A stretch of 64,000 nt of DNA from the human T2T-CHM13v2.0 reference genome, Homo sapiens: NCBI RefSeq assembly GCF_009914755.1, contig NC_060929.1. One strand, 5' to 3'. Numbering within the stretch: position 1 is the first letter of the stretch; each line of letters begins with the position of its first letter. Below the pieces are notes generated by a model that was given only the letters and a program-made list of their open reading frames with translations, had not been told where the DNA came from and made no database searches. The position numbers and the translations under genes were made by a program. This document shows positions 1 through 12,800 of this stretch, piece by piece.

Positions 1-136
1 AAATAAACCCTGAGGGATGAGGAGGAGGTAAGGATCAGCTAGGCAAAGAGGGGAGACTGAGAGAGAGATTAGCATACTTAAGGGTCCTGAACCAAGAAAT
101 AACATGTAATTCAAGCTAGGCCAGGAGAGCTTCTAC

Positions 137-603
137 TAAGGGAGGAGACCACCCCTCATATTGTCTTATGCCCAATTTCTGCCTCCAAAGAAAGAAGTAA
201 AAACTAAAAGCAGAAATGAAATCCACCAGCAGACAGCCTGGCGCCACGCCCTGGGCCTGGTATTTAAAGATCTAAAGATCGTCCCCTGACCTAATTGGTT
301 ATGTTATCTATAGATCACAGACATTGTGTAGAAAAGCACTGTGAAAATCCCTGCCCTGTTCCGTTCTGTTCTAATTACTGGTGCATGCAGTCCCCAGTCA
401 CTTACCCCTTGCTTGCTCAATCGATCACAACCCTCTCACGCAGACCCCCTTAGAGTTGTGAGCCCTTAAAAGGGACAGGAATTGCTCACTCAGGTAGCTC
501 AGTTGTTGGAGACATGAGTCTTGCTGAAGCTCCAGGCCGAATAAAGCCCTTCCTTCTTTAACTCGGTGTCTGAGGGGTTTTGTCTGCAGCTTGTCCTGCT
601 ACA
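137..603 (+). mobile_element. Solo LTR2-family (HERV-E) LTR
   Basis: Starts TAAGGGAGGAGACCACCCCTCATATTGTC and ends GTCCTGCTACA; AATAAA at 540-545; perfect 4-bp TSD CTAC (133-136 / 604-607). Confidence 0.88.
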
Positions 604-1830
604 CTACTACCCGGTCAGCACTGAGGGCAGTAGCTATGTCCATTGCTTGGGCTCATTGACACATCATCATAGTGCCTAGCACACAGTAGTCACCCAATAA
701 ATATTTGTTGGATGAATGTGGCTGAAGGATAGATAACTAGAAGAGTAGAACAAAATGATTCTACAGAGGTAAGCAAGGAACCAAACATGCAAAGCCTAAT
801 AGGCATGTTAAGATGTTGAAGTTTATCTTAAAAACAATGGGAAATTCTGGAAGGTTCTTTGTAGGGCATTAGCATATACAGAAAGACTGTTTTTTCTATT
901 ATTGTATTTCATCAAATCTAAGATGCCATTGATTATAAAATGTACCATTATTTTATGTGTGATTAATTTAAAGCAAACACTGTTAATTAAACCAGGATGC
1001 AAAATAAATTGTAAGACATATTCCAATTTTAGAAAAGTTAAAGTGGAAAACAAAAAATGCATGTTAAAGTTGACAAAATGTAATATATGTGGAAAGAAAA
1101 TGAATTAAAAGTGAGAAAACATGGGTACAAAGTGACTAGTTAGGAGGGTATTGTTATGGCTGCCTCAGTTGCTCAATCTGTTGCAGAAGTTCAATACTGG
1201 ACCAAAGTAGAGACACCTGGAATGGAGAAAAATGGACAGAAATGGGAGATATTCAGAATGTAGAACTGCCAGAATTTGCAACTGGTGTGTATTAGAGTGA
1301 AAAAGTCAGAGGTATTGGGTGGATGCTGGTATTGTTTATGGAGTTGGAAACATTAGTGTGGAAGCTCTGAAGAGAGATCTGACTAGAGATATAAATTTGT
1401 GATTTCTCAGCATACAGATGGTGAATGAGGTCATGAAAGCAAAAGAGATTTATTTCTCCCCTAGGGCAGCAGTTTTTTAACTGGGGCAATGACTCCAGCT
1501 GCATTGCAGAAGTCGCATTGGAGATGGCAATGATGGGAGACAATTAAACAAATCAAAAGGTTCTTGAAGTAGTACAAGAGAGGAAAATGAGTGCCTGACA
1601 AAGGCATCAGAAGCAGGAATAGAAAGAGGGTTCAGACTCCAGAGATATTGTAGAGGTGAAAGCTCAGGACTTAGTGACTAAGTTGGCTGTGGAGTCTGTG
1701 GGACCAAAATAATTTATAGGTTCCTGGGTAGATCATGCTGCCATTAACTATAATAGAGGTGAAAAAAAGAAGCAGCAGCAAAAATAAAAGATTTGCAGGC
1801 AGGATAGTGAGCTCTGTTTTAGGCTTTTTA
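604..1830. mobile_element. Degenerate L2 LINE fragments (approximate)
   Basis: L2 3'-end-like gtgcctagcacacagtag...aataaatatttgttggatgaatg at ~670-720, followed by purine-rich antisense L2-like sequence. Confidence 0.5.
903..1082 (+). mobile_element. MER104-like Tc2/mariner MITE
   Basis: tgtatttcatcaaatctaagatgccattgattataaaatgtaccattatttt resembles the MER104 5' end; ~180 bp. Confidence 0.55.
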
Positions 1831-2049
1831 ATCGCTATCACCTATGGTGCATGCAGACGAAGATGTCCACTGGACAGGTAGAGCACTGACAGAGAAAAAC
1901 AAACAAACTCTCTACCATGCTACAGCAGAAGCTTGTTCATTCTATAGGCAGCAGGAGAGAAGTTCTGCCCTCACTTGTCTTGTTCAAGGAGAAGAGGTAG
2001 CATCTTATTGCCTGACAGCTCAGGCTCTACAGTTAGAAGGACTCGAATT

Positions 2050-2250
2050 TTAGTCTTGATTCTACTGGTTACTGGCTGGAAGATTGTGGGGTAGACACTT
2101 AACATCTTTGAGCTTTGGTTTCTTTATCAGTAAATTGAGAAAAAAATATTTAGCTACTGAAGTTAATTTACAAATTAAAGAAAATATAAAAATTCCCAGA
2201 ACAGTGCTGGGCATGTGAAAAGGACTTGATAAATGATAGCTATTTTTATT
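2050..2250 (+). mobile_element. MIR SINE
   Basis: MIR core (cacttaacatctttgagctttggtttctttatcagtaaa) and 3' part (agaacagtgctgggcatg...ataaatgatagctatt). Confidence 0.65.
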
Positions 2251-3341
2251 ACCTGTTTTGGTGTGCCCATCAACTCTGGGACAATTCCTTCCAGCATTTA
2301 TAATTGTATTCATTTGTTTAATTCTTTCATCAACTATTTATTGAATCCTGCTGTATGGGAGGGACTGGTGACCATTTGCTTGCACCATACCTCTCCATGT
2401 CTTATTCAATCATCTGAGTGACTAGCTGCTATTTTAGTGTTTGATGTCTCACCCAGCAGGCTAGGCTAAAATATCAAGTCCTCGCACATGCCAGCAGAGG
2501 GTCAGATGAGTTTTTTTCCTCACAGACCAAATGAAAGGCCATGAGGAAGACATACAAGCAAGGGAAAGCAAACCCAAGCTTGAGCCAAGAACTTATATTT
2601 CTGCAGAACTTATGTATTTAAAAGAGAAAAGCAATTTCTACATCAGAAAGTGAGAATTCCTCCCAATGATTTAAATCTCTTTTTCTGCAACACTTAGGGA
2701 AAAATTATATCATTAATTTGTGATCCTCTTTTTCTAACATTTGTAATTTTAATCATATTTGTACCTTTCTTCCTTCGGGGATTTATTCCCGTTTGCTCCT
2801 CTTTTGTTATCCTTAAAAGGCTTTGAAACAGAGTGATTTTAAAGCTATTCTTGCTTACGTGCTTATTTTTCTCCACTTGGCTTTAACACCAATTTTTAAA
2901 TTCTTACCCAGAGTTACCTGTTGGAAACTGCCCTTATTGTAGAAGAGGTCACCATGATTTATAATACATCTATATATGTATTCTTTTGTGGTTTCTAGAT
3001 TTCCCTTTGCTAACTTTCTTAGAAAATTCCTCAATATGCCTCTTTCTGCTAATTGATCACTTAATTACCTAGGATTTCACTACTCTACTTTGAAATGGCT
3101 TCTTTTTATTTAGTTAGTTTTTATCTTCTTCTGGTCTGTGTATACCAATAAGATATCAGAGAGAATATCCTAAATGTCACTCTTCTATTTTATAAGACTC
3201 CCGACAGACAGCCACCTGTTATCTCTCCACTCATGGCTGACCATGAGCAGACATGGGGATCTTTCATCAGTTCCTTCACTAAAGAACACACACTATAAAA
3301 TTAAAACAAAAACATACATTTTCTATATTCAAGGGAAAAAA

Positions 3342-3611
3342 TTTTTTTATATTTAAGTTCTGAGATACATGTGCAGAACACGCAGGTTTGTTACATAGGT
3401 ATTCATGTACCATGGTGGTTCAGTGCACCCATCAACCTGTCACCTAGGTTTTAAGTCCTGCATGCATTAGGTATGTATTCTAATGCTGTCCTTCCCCTAG
3501 CCCTCCACCCCCCAACAGGCCCCGGTGTGTGAATGTCCGCTCCCTGTGTACACGTGTTCTCGTTGTTCAACTCTCAATTATGAGTGAGAACGTGCAGTGT
3601 TTGGTTTTCTG
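3342..3611 (-). mobile_element. 5'-truncated L1PA 3' end
   Basis: Antisense L1PA 3'UTR: tttaagttctgagatacatgtgcagaac...tatgagtgagaacgtgcagtgtttggttttctg. Confidence 0.85.
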
Positions 3612-4330
3612 GAGAACAATATTTTTTAAAAATATTTTTATATGATGTCAGCTTGGCATTTTTTTATTAACTGTAAGAACTTGTAATCTAGCTAGGGATA
3701 CAGAACTTCATGGAACATTCAGGGATCACCACAAAAAAAAAATGAAGTGCAAGTTTATAGGAAAACTAGATAGAGCAAACTGAACACACAAATCACTCAG
3801 TAGGGATTCAGAGCAAGGGAGTGTTTCTGATCTGATAGGGTGAAAGAGTTTCTAGGGAGTAGAAATTTGAAAAATAGTGAAAAACTCTGCTGGACACTTA
3901 ACAAAAGAAAATCATTTTTATTCCTTTGAAACAGACAATAATGCACAGGTTTCAGAGTACCAAGAAACCTAAAAGACCAATGAAATAATTTGACTGAGGC
4001 CTAAGTTATTCTCAATCCAAACAATATTACACATCTGATGCTTCTACATTGGTTTCAGCTCTCTGATTATCTGGATACTTGTCCTATAAATGTTTAGCAG
4101 ATATAAACCACCATACCTCTTGAAAGTAGGCAAGAGGTGGGGGAGGTCAAAGAAAGGTTTTGCCTGAAGTTGATGACACTTTCAAAGGGGGAACACATGT
4201 TTCTTTAAAACTCTCATGGGGCAAAGATGTTTGAAAGTGAAGATAGCCTAACATAGCTCCATTTCCTCATGTGAAACTTTCCCATAAGCAAAGACTTCTG
4301 CATTCTTTAATAGAAATATGAAACCATATA

Positions 4331-4454
4331 GCCAGGCACAGTGGTGTGTGCCTGTAATCCCAGCTACTAAGGAGGCTGAAGCAAGAAGACTGCTTGAGCC
4401 CAGGAGTTCAAGATCAGCCTGGGCAACATAGTGAGACTCTCATCTCAAAAAAAA
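4331..4454 (+). mobile_element. Free Alu monomer (FLAM-like)
   Basis: Single ~120-bp monomer with an A tail, flanked on both sides by agaaatatgaaa. Confidence 0.85.
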
Positions 4455-5289
4455 GGAAGAAATATGAAAGTACAAGCCAACACAATTTTTAGTTGGATAT
4501 TTCTTACAGAAATTTTCCAAACATTATATGTTCCATTTGTTGAAAAATGTATAAATTATCTTTTGAAAAAGCTCTTACTATTGTCACACAAATCTAAATT
4601 GTTTCTCATAAGAGTAAATTATTAATTTATGGTGAGTATGTGGGGAAAATTTTTTCATGGATCTCCAGAAATAGGGTCAAAGATATGCAGAGAGGAAGCA
4701 AAAGGGAATTCTGGAACAGCCCAAAGGAAACAGAATAAGAAACTTTCTGTAAATTTTCTAACTTTAGCAAAGAATATGTCAAACCTCAAGCAAGGAACTT
4801 TATTCTCTGTAAAGTAAAAGACAGATAATCTATTGGGAAACATAATTATGACATAGAGAAAGGCCTCAACTAGGGAATAATTTCTCCAGAGTTTGGTTTT
4901 AGCAATTTCAAGTACAAGACAAAAAGCTACAATGAAAAACATATGAGTAAAATTACAATAGGTTTTCAAAAATGTATAATTTATTATACTGTGATAAGTA
5001 CATAAGAATTTATACCAGTCAATCAAGAAAGTAATGGCATGTTGTAAAAATGCCTAAATTCATAAATCACTTGGTTTTGAAAATATTGAATTTTTTCATA
5101 CTGTGAGTAAAACTTGGAAATTGCAGTTTAAAAAAAGTCATTCCAAAATGAGGGTTTTAATGCCAGATAGTCTGATTTTTAATTCTTACTCTGTCATTTA
5201 CTATGTTACTTCAGCATTTCCCTTATCTGTAATACCTGCTGTGGAAATTTCTTGTGATGTACATAAAGCACCTAAAACTTCCTGTTAAG

Positions 5290-7620
5290 TATGGTGAATT
5301 GAACACACCTGTTCTCTGCTTCTTCCCCTAAAATTCTAGATTTTTTAAAAAAGAAAAGGAAAAGAAAAAAATTAAATGTAAATCCACAAGGACAACAAAA
5401 ATGGGAGAGAATATAGAATACAAAAGATGACAATGATTTTAAAATCTGAAAAACAAATGGATAAAGGGTAATTGTCATAACATATCAGAGAAAGCTGAAA
5501 CCTAAGTCTGCAATCTAATTGTGCCACAGAACCTGGAAAGTCTCAAAAACTGACAACAGAAGTATTCCTGAAGGATGGGGATAGAGTGGGACTTAAAACA
5601 AAATTTTAGAGAGATCTCCTTCCTTCATCTGTGCTGAAGACTGAGGTTTACTATCTGCAGAGAATGAACCAGGAGACTTCTGCATTCAGGAACAGAAGAT
5701 ACAACTGAATGTATGGGCAAGGTACCCAGTTGAACACAGGGGCACAAAGTGGAAGTCTACATTCTGAATAGCCTTTCTCCCAACTCCATCCACTACTTAC
5801 CTCTCAAAACACTGGTAGCCAAACTTAAGCCCCTAAGGCATAAGATTGGAAGATTCTTCTCTTAATAGACTGAATAAACTGGCTAAAGGGAAAAGACATA
5901 GAAACTGAAATGAGGGAAAAAACTGTTAGCAAATTAAGGGATCCATCCAGGAGGTGCTGTGTCAAAATGTCAGGAATTGCAGAAAAAGAAAACAAAAAAA
6001 TAAAAATAAACAATTGAGAGACACAAATCATTAAAAAACTAATACAAGAAAAATTTTCAAATCCCAAAAGTCACAGGTTTCCAAACTGAAAAGTTCTGTT
6101 GAATTTCTCATCTAATAAGTGAGAAAGGGCCTACACCAAAATACACTACCATGAAAAGTTAGTATGCTGTCTATAAATATAAAGAAAAAATATTAAAACT
6201 TTCCAGAGAAAGGAGAAATAAAAACATCATATATGAAGTAACAATTAAGGTCCACTTCCATCATGTATCTTTCCACCTAAGCCTGCCACCTAAAGCAATT
6301 AGAAAAGCTGGGTGAAAACAGCTATTTTAAGGCATTGGAAATATCTGAGGCAGCCAGGACTTGGAGAGCCAGGATCGCAGAGAAAAGGAAAATACATTGA
6401 AAATACATTGGTCCGAGCCTCATATTCACCAGTGGTTTTTCTCCTCAGGGCATTTGCTGATTTTCACATCTTCTAACTGCCTACCAGAGGAAAAAAAATT
6501 CTTTCTGAAAAAGATAAAATCATCCAGAGTTTCTATAATTTTTAACTTACAATGTCCAGCATTAAGTAAAAAATTATCAGACATGCCAGGATGACAAAAA
6601 ATGACTAAAAACAAAAAAATAAAAAATATAATCCCACCCCCCATGGATAGATAGTCCAGATCTTAGAGGTATCAATTCACATTTTAAATAGCTATAATAA
6701 TATATTCAAGGGAAAAAAATGACAAGATGAAGAATTTTATCAGAACTGAAATCTATATTTAAAAGGCATCAAATGAAAATTCCAGAACTGAAAAATAAAA
6801 TAACTGAGATTAAGAAATCAATAGATGTGTGTAACAATAGACTAGACTAGCAAGAGAGAAAGGATAATAAATTGGAAAACAGCTCTTTAGAAACAAATAA
6901 TTCAAACTAAAACATAAGCAGAATAAAAGAACTTAAAAGCCAGAAAAAGCATGAGCATGAAATGGAGCACAGTAGAAAGGTCCAACAGGAATTAAGTGGA
7001 AATCTCAGATGACAGCTGTGTGGTGAGCATAAAGAGCAACCAGTCTGGATTAGAGCAGGAGACAGAGGGCTCTAGAAGGGATTTCTACACTGTCAGGATT
7101 CCAATTCTATTCAAGAATTGGGATGGATTAATGATACCTATGTAGAAAAGTAAAAAGCAAAAAAAGAGGAAATTTTTAATTTTAGAGAAAGCATACTATA
7201 ACCAGAAATGAAATACAGTGTATGGTTCATTATTTATACGTAATAGTTATATAGTCATAACAATGTAAATAAACATTGATTTAAATAAAAATGATTATAT
7301 AATTTTTGGAAGCATGAGTAAGGGGCTAAATATCTATATGTTAAAGAGATACAAATATAAGAGAACTAAACCATATCTTCTACAGCAGGACATACAAGAA
7401 ACAATATTTAAAACTGTCAAATGAAGAAATAGCAATATAAGCTTCTATTTAGGTGTATGAAAGCAAACATTAAAATAAGCAGCTACAAATAATTTTAAAT
7501 AGTAGCCATTGGAGAAAATAAGAGAAGAGAGAAATAAAACAAGGGCTAGCTTTTTATGAGTCTTGAAGCATTATTTGATTTGTTAAGCATGTGTAAGTAT
7601 AAATTTTGTAAGAAAAATTT
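5290..7620 (+). mobile_element. Degenerate old L1M/HAL1 5'UTR-ORF1 fragments (approximate)
   Basis: A-rich ORF1-like stretches (e.g. gaaaattccagaactgaaaaataaaataactgagattaagaaatcaatagatg); no intact ORF. Confidence 0.55.
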
Positions 7621-7898
7621 ACCTTAAGAATAAAAGGTAAAGAAAGTCTCTAAGAAAATGACTGATACACAGTAGGTTTTCTATAAATGCATCTTATATA
7701 AATTATATGATTTCAAGGAATGTGGTGAAAGGTAGGTGATTGATATTTGTTGGCCCAGGATCTTTCCGAAGGAAGAAAGCATTGCCTTGTATATTCCCTG
7801 AGTGTGTCTTCCGCCTCCATTTGCTGGAGTCTCTCTGACAATTATTCAGCAGAGCAGTGCCTTCATAGTACAGAGTGGGCAGCTGCATGCATAAGGCT

Positions 7899-8452
7899 TG
7901 TGATGAATAATATTGAGTGTCAACTTGATTGGATTGAAGGATGCAAAGTATTGTTCCTTGGTGTGTCTGTAAGGGTGTTGCCAAAGGAGATTAACATTTG
8001 AGTCAGTGGACTCGGAGAGACAGACCCATCCTCAACCTAGGGGGGCACCATCTAATCAGCTGCCAGGGCAGTTAGAATAAAGCAGGCAGAAGAAAATGGA
8101 AGAGAAGACTTGCTGAGTCTTCCAGCCTTCATCTTTCTCCTGTGCTGGATGCTTCTTGCCTTCAAACATTAGACTCCAAGTTCTTCAGCTTTTGGACTCT
8201 TGGACTTACACCAGTGGTTTGCCAGGGGCTCTTGGGCCATTGGCCACAGACCAAAGGCTGCACTGTCGGCTTCCCTATTTTTGAGGTTTGGGACTTGGAC
8301 TGATCCACCACTGGCTTCCTTGCTCCTCAACTTGCAGACAGCCTATCGTAGGACTTCACCTTATGATCATGTGAATCAATTCTCCTTAATAAACTCCCTT
8401 TCATATATACATATATCCTATTAGTTCTGTCCCTCTAGAAAACCCTGATACA
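7899..8452 (+). mobile_element. Solo MLT2A (probably MLT2A2) ERVL LTR
   Basis: TGTGATGAATAATATTGAGTGTCAACTTGATTGGATTGAAGG...CCCTCTAGAAAACCCTGATACA; ~550 bp; 5-bp TSD aggct/agact. Confidence 0.85.
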
Positions 8453-8723
8453 AGACTGTTTGACAACTCTGAAATATTACTTGCCTATAAGTAATATCCC
8501 CCCAGTGACCTGCCATAGGACTTATGAGCTTCTTCCAAGCTCATACTCTGGCTACTGGTCAAATAATGAGGTCTATTGGCTTTATTTAGCTGATAACTAA
8601 ATCGTAGAGAAATCTCAATCCTTTGCTGATTATGCTGAGTGATCCAGGATTATGGGGGCAGGCAAGAAACCCTCCGTAGAAAAAGCTGAAATCATTTATC
8701 AAAAAAAAAAAAAAAAAATCCTA

Positions 8724-9014
8724 GCTGAGCACAGTGTCTCACACCTATAATCCCAACATTTTGGGAGACCAAGGCAGAAGGATTACTTAAGCCCAGGGGT
8801 TTGAGACCCGCCTGGGCAACATGGTGAAATCCCATCTCTACAAAAAATAAACAAATTAGCCAGACATGGTGGCATGCACCTGTAGTCCCAGCTACTCAGA
8901 GGACTGTAGTGGGAGAATCACCTGAGCTCAAGAGGTCAAGGCTGCAGTGAGCCATGTTCATACCACTGCACTCCCGCTTGGGCAACAGAGTAAGACCCTG
9001 TCTCAAGAAAAAAA
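8724..9014 (+). mobile_element. AluJ
   Basis: Diverged dimeric Alu with J-type right arm (gaggtcaaggctgcagtgagcc); flanked by aaaaaaatcc. Confidence 0.9.
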
Positions 9015-9439
9015 TCCCATAACACTCATATTTCACCTCCAAGTAACAATGAAGTTTCCCTAGGTGATCATATATCTTAGTAATGACATTTGTAGTGTGA
9101 TTATGTATAGTTTTAAATAGCATGGCAAATCGAATATGTACCTGAAGAAACAAAGCTAGTATATAATAGTGGTTGGGTGTTTGTTCTTAGGATGGATGGA
9201 TAGATGGGTGAATTTATATTAGAATGAATAATGACTCAGATGACAAAATATAATATAATATAGCAGATAACAACTTAATCATAAACATATAGGGTCTGAA
9301 AACATGATAGTGAGGTAATATTTCATGTACTTCTTCCTCCACAATTTTGGGTCTTGTCAGGTCCAAATAGATATTACAGTTGGAAGGGATATTAGGAAAT
9401 CATTCAGTTCTCTTTATTTTAACAGATGAGGAAAAAAAC

Positions 9440-10333
9440 TGTTGCTGAACCAAACTTGGATCCACTCACCTGGCACAATAAAGCCAAATACCAACACCAA
9501 GGTTTGCAGGAAGAGAAAGAAGGACATTTATTGCAGGGCACCAAGTAAGAAGAACAGGTAGCTAACACTTAAGACCCAACCTCCCCAGTGGCTTACAAGC
9601 GTTTTTAAAGACAGGGGTACATTTCAGGAAAACAGAAGTAATAGGCAAACTCATAAATCAATACGTGGAGGTTATACATTGACTTGTTCTGCAAAGGGAG
9701 GATATCTTGAAGCAGGGGCTAACAGGTCCCAGGTGGATTTAGAGATTCTCTGATTTGCAACTGGCTAAGGGAACAAGCCTTTGTCTAAAACCTTGGGGTC
9801 AGCAGAAAGGTATGTTAAGGCTTGGTGTTAACATTTATTTGTTAAGATAAGGAAAACTATTAATCATCAAGTGGTGCTATGCCAGAGTCAAGTCATGAGA
9901 GCAAGTCACAACAGACTGGGTCAGTGTGACGAGTCTAGCAAGATTGGTCGCCTGCAGGTGTGACTGTCTCCAGGCTCCTTGGGAAGAAATTTAAAACAGC
10001 CTGAGTTCAGTCTTCAGTTTCTTTTTGCCTGAGGTCTACCTGACAGTGGTCAGCATTCTCCATCGATGGGGATCTTGGTTTCTGAAAAACAAATCAAGAA
10101 AGTGTGTTAATATGTTATCTTTTAGTTTCTATGGGGAACCAAACACCTTATGGCCCTGACTTGGTTGGATGACTATTGTTTAAGTTACTATTATCTTCTT
10201 ACTTATTGGGTTATTCATTTACTCCTCAGGGCTAGCTAGATGCCTGGAATTTCCCTTGAAGGGACTCAGAATTTTTCCTTTATTTCTACGCTTGGGTGGT
10301 TGCAGCAGGCCCCTAAGATTGGTCCCTTTTCCA
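9440..10333 (-). mobile_element. ERV1-class solo LTR, subfamily not assigned
   Basis: Begins tgttgctgaaccaaacttggatccactcacc with an antisense poly(A) signal (catttattgc); resembles MER4-group LTR ends; ~900 bp. Confidence 0.6.
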
Positions 10334-11749
10334 TCTCGAAAGCTTTAAGAAGTCAAGGTAGGGGCAAATTCTGGGAAGAAAATGGTGGCAGTTGGGTAGT
10401 ATTGAATTTTCCCAAAGTTCAACATACAAACAAAAGACAATTATGATAGTAAAGCAAAAACACCCACAGATCAATGTCTAAAACAAAAGAGGCATCCCAT
10501 TGAGCCCCCAGATCCAGATGCAGAGAAAATGTCAACAGTTACAAGGCATGTGTGGGGTCAGCATTTGTGTGAAAAGAGGTGGAGGAGTGCCTGACAGACA
10601 TGAGGACAGCAAAACCTTCAAAGCATCAGAAAGTGTCACCAGCTAAAACAAGGCTTCTTCCTAATAAAAATAAAAATGCTGTTTTAGAGGTATATGTTGA
10701 CTTACTTGACATCAAAAAAGATTGATGAGATATTCTTGTGCCTAATCTGAAGATTAGGCCACAGAAAATTTAAATATTATTAAGTAACCAGGTAATAACT
10801 GTCTATTAGTTGTCAGTATTTTAAAATTTGATAAGAAAATAAATAGCAACCCAAAAGACATTGCTTGTGTGTATGTAACATTATCTGTATCAATTTATCA
10901 ATATTTTAATATAATCTTCTTTTAAACAATTAGTTTCATACTCTTTCTTGGCAGTAAAGCAAATGATTCTAGAAAATCACTATATTTTAACTTTGAAATT
11001 GTTTGGAACTATAAAACTGACCTTTCAAAATACTAATCTTTCGGCTAAATGCTAAAGTATCCTTTTAGCATCAGGAACACTTTCTGTCATCTTGGGGATA
11101 TTGAAACTGCTGTTTTCCCCTCAAAATGTATGAGAAGACCCTCTAGTATACATTGATATGGTGCCCCAAGGATAACTCTATTTATAATGTGAAGTATCTC
11201 AGGAACAAAATCTGTTTTCAGGCCGTAATGCTCCAAGGCAGAACAGTGTGGTCTGTCCCAGGTGAGTTTCTTAGGTGGCCCCCTACAATGCAAATTGAGC
11301 TGCCCTCAAGGCACTCTATAAATTTATTAGAAAAATCTAAAATAAAAAAACACAAAATGACAAAAAAAAGTTTGCCTTACTAAAATTAAAACTATTCACC
11401 TCACTCAATGTAACTTTAAAATAGAGTAGAGCAACAGTTACCGTAAGAAACAATGGAAAGCACTCTAGCACTACACAAAACACCTTGTTAAATATAACTG
11501 ACTAAATTCAACATTCTGATTCAAGGAGCTGACATGGTTACAGTGCCCTATGTGCTTTACAATTATTACATCGCTTTGTGATTGGACAATATGCATTAAA
11601 AATTTTTGTAGTTAATTGTGTCCTAACTTGTTTTAATAACCTTCTTATCAATTACTTTCCTGTCTCCAGACACATTGCTTGGCAATAATGCTGAGTAAAT
11701 AGTTAAATAAAAACCTTAAACTATCTTTTAAATTCTAGTTATTTAACAC

Positions 11750-12800
11750 ATCAGTTCTGACCATGATAGAGTAACAGGGAGACATCCTCCTTAAACAATG
11801 AGAAACTTTATAAAAATATTGGAAAGAATCATTTGCCCTAGCTTACTACCTGAAGATAGTTTCCAGTCCTCAGAAAAAAGAAGCCCTGTGGTCTCATGAG
11901 TAGAAGAGACAGAGGTTGAAATTTAGGGAGGCTGAGACAGCTAGAATTTGTGATCAAAATACCAGAGAGGAGAGAGCTACAAAGAAATTTCCAAAGATCT
12001 GTGGAGGGTTCTCCTCAAATCTTTGGCTGACTGCTGATCTGTACATGCAAGAGAAGAAAGTAACTCTGGCCACATAAGGAAGCCGCAGAAACCATTAGGC
12101 CAATCAATTCCCACAGTTCCTACAGGGCTGGAAATAGTCTGTGTTCCTACCAGCCGGAGTGGAAAGACCACATAATTCACAAAGCATTAGGAAGGGTCTT
12201 CAAGGGCGTACTGCTTAGTAGTGAGGCCAAATTAGCCCTAGACTAAACCCTGCTCTGGATCAACCTAACAACATTTTAAAGCAAGCTTCAAAAGAATCTA
12301 ACTGATTCCTAGGAACTTAACTGCATTCCAGGACAATATTCAACAGTATTTAAAGGAATACCAAAACTTCCAGCACCCAAAACCAAAATCACAATGTCCA
12401 GTATCCAATCAATAATTAGCAGACACAAGAAGCTGCATGCACAACAGAGATGATGGAATTAGTGACCATGAATGTAAAGAGGGGACAAATGGAAGAAATT
12501 TTTTTAAATGAAACTTTTTTGACATGAAAAATTTAGTAGCTGAGATTTAAAATATGCCAGATATGTCTTAGCAGCAGATTGGGAACTGCAGAGGAAAAAA
12601 AGAAAAATCAATGAATTTGAAGAAACAATAAAAACTATCCAAAGGAAGCACAGAGGCAAAAACAAAGACAGAAAAAAGTATCAGTGACCTCTGGGACACT
12701 GTCAAGTTGTCTAATACATGAAGGAAAACTGAGAGAAGGGAGGAGAGAAAAAATATTTGAAGAATTGATGGCTAAAAATCTTCCAAATTCAATAAATTCT
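11750..12800 (+). mobile_element. Old L1M 5'UTR/ORF1 fragment (approximate)
   Basis: ORF1-like text: aaaatcaatgaatttgaagaaacaataaaaactatcc...aaaaaatatttgaagaattgatggctaaaaatcttccaaatt. Confidence 0.6.
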
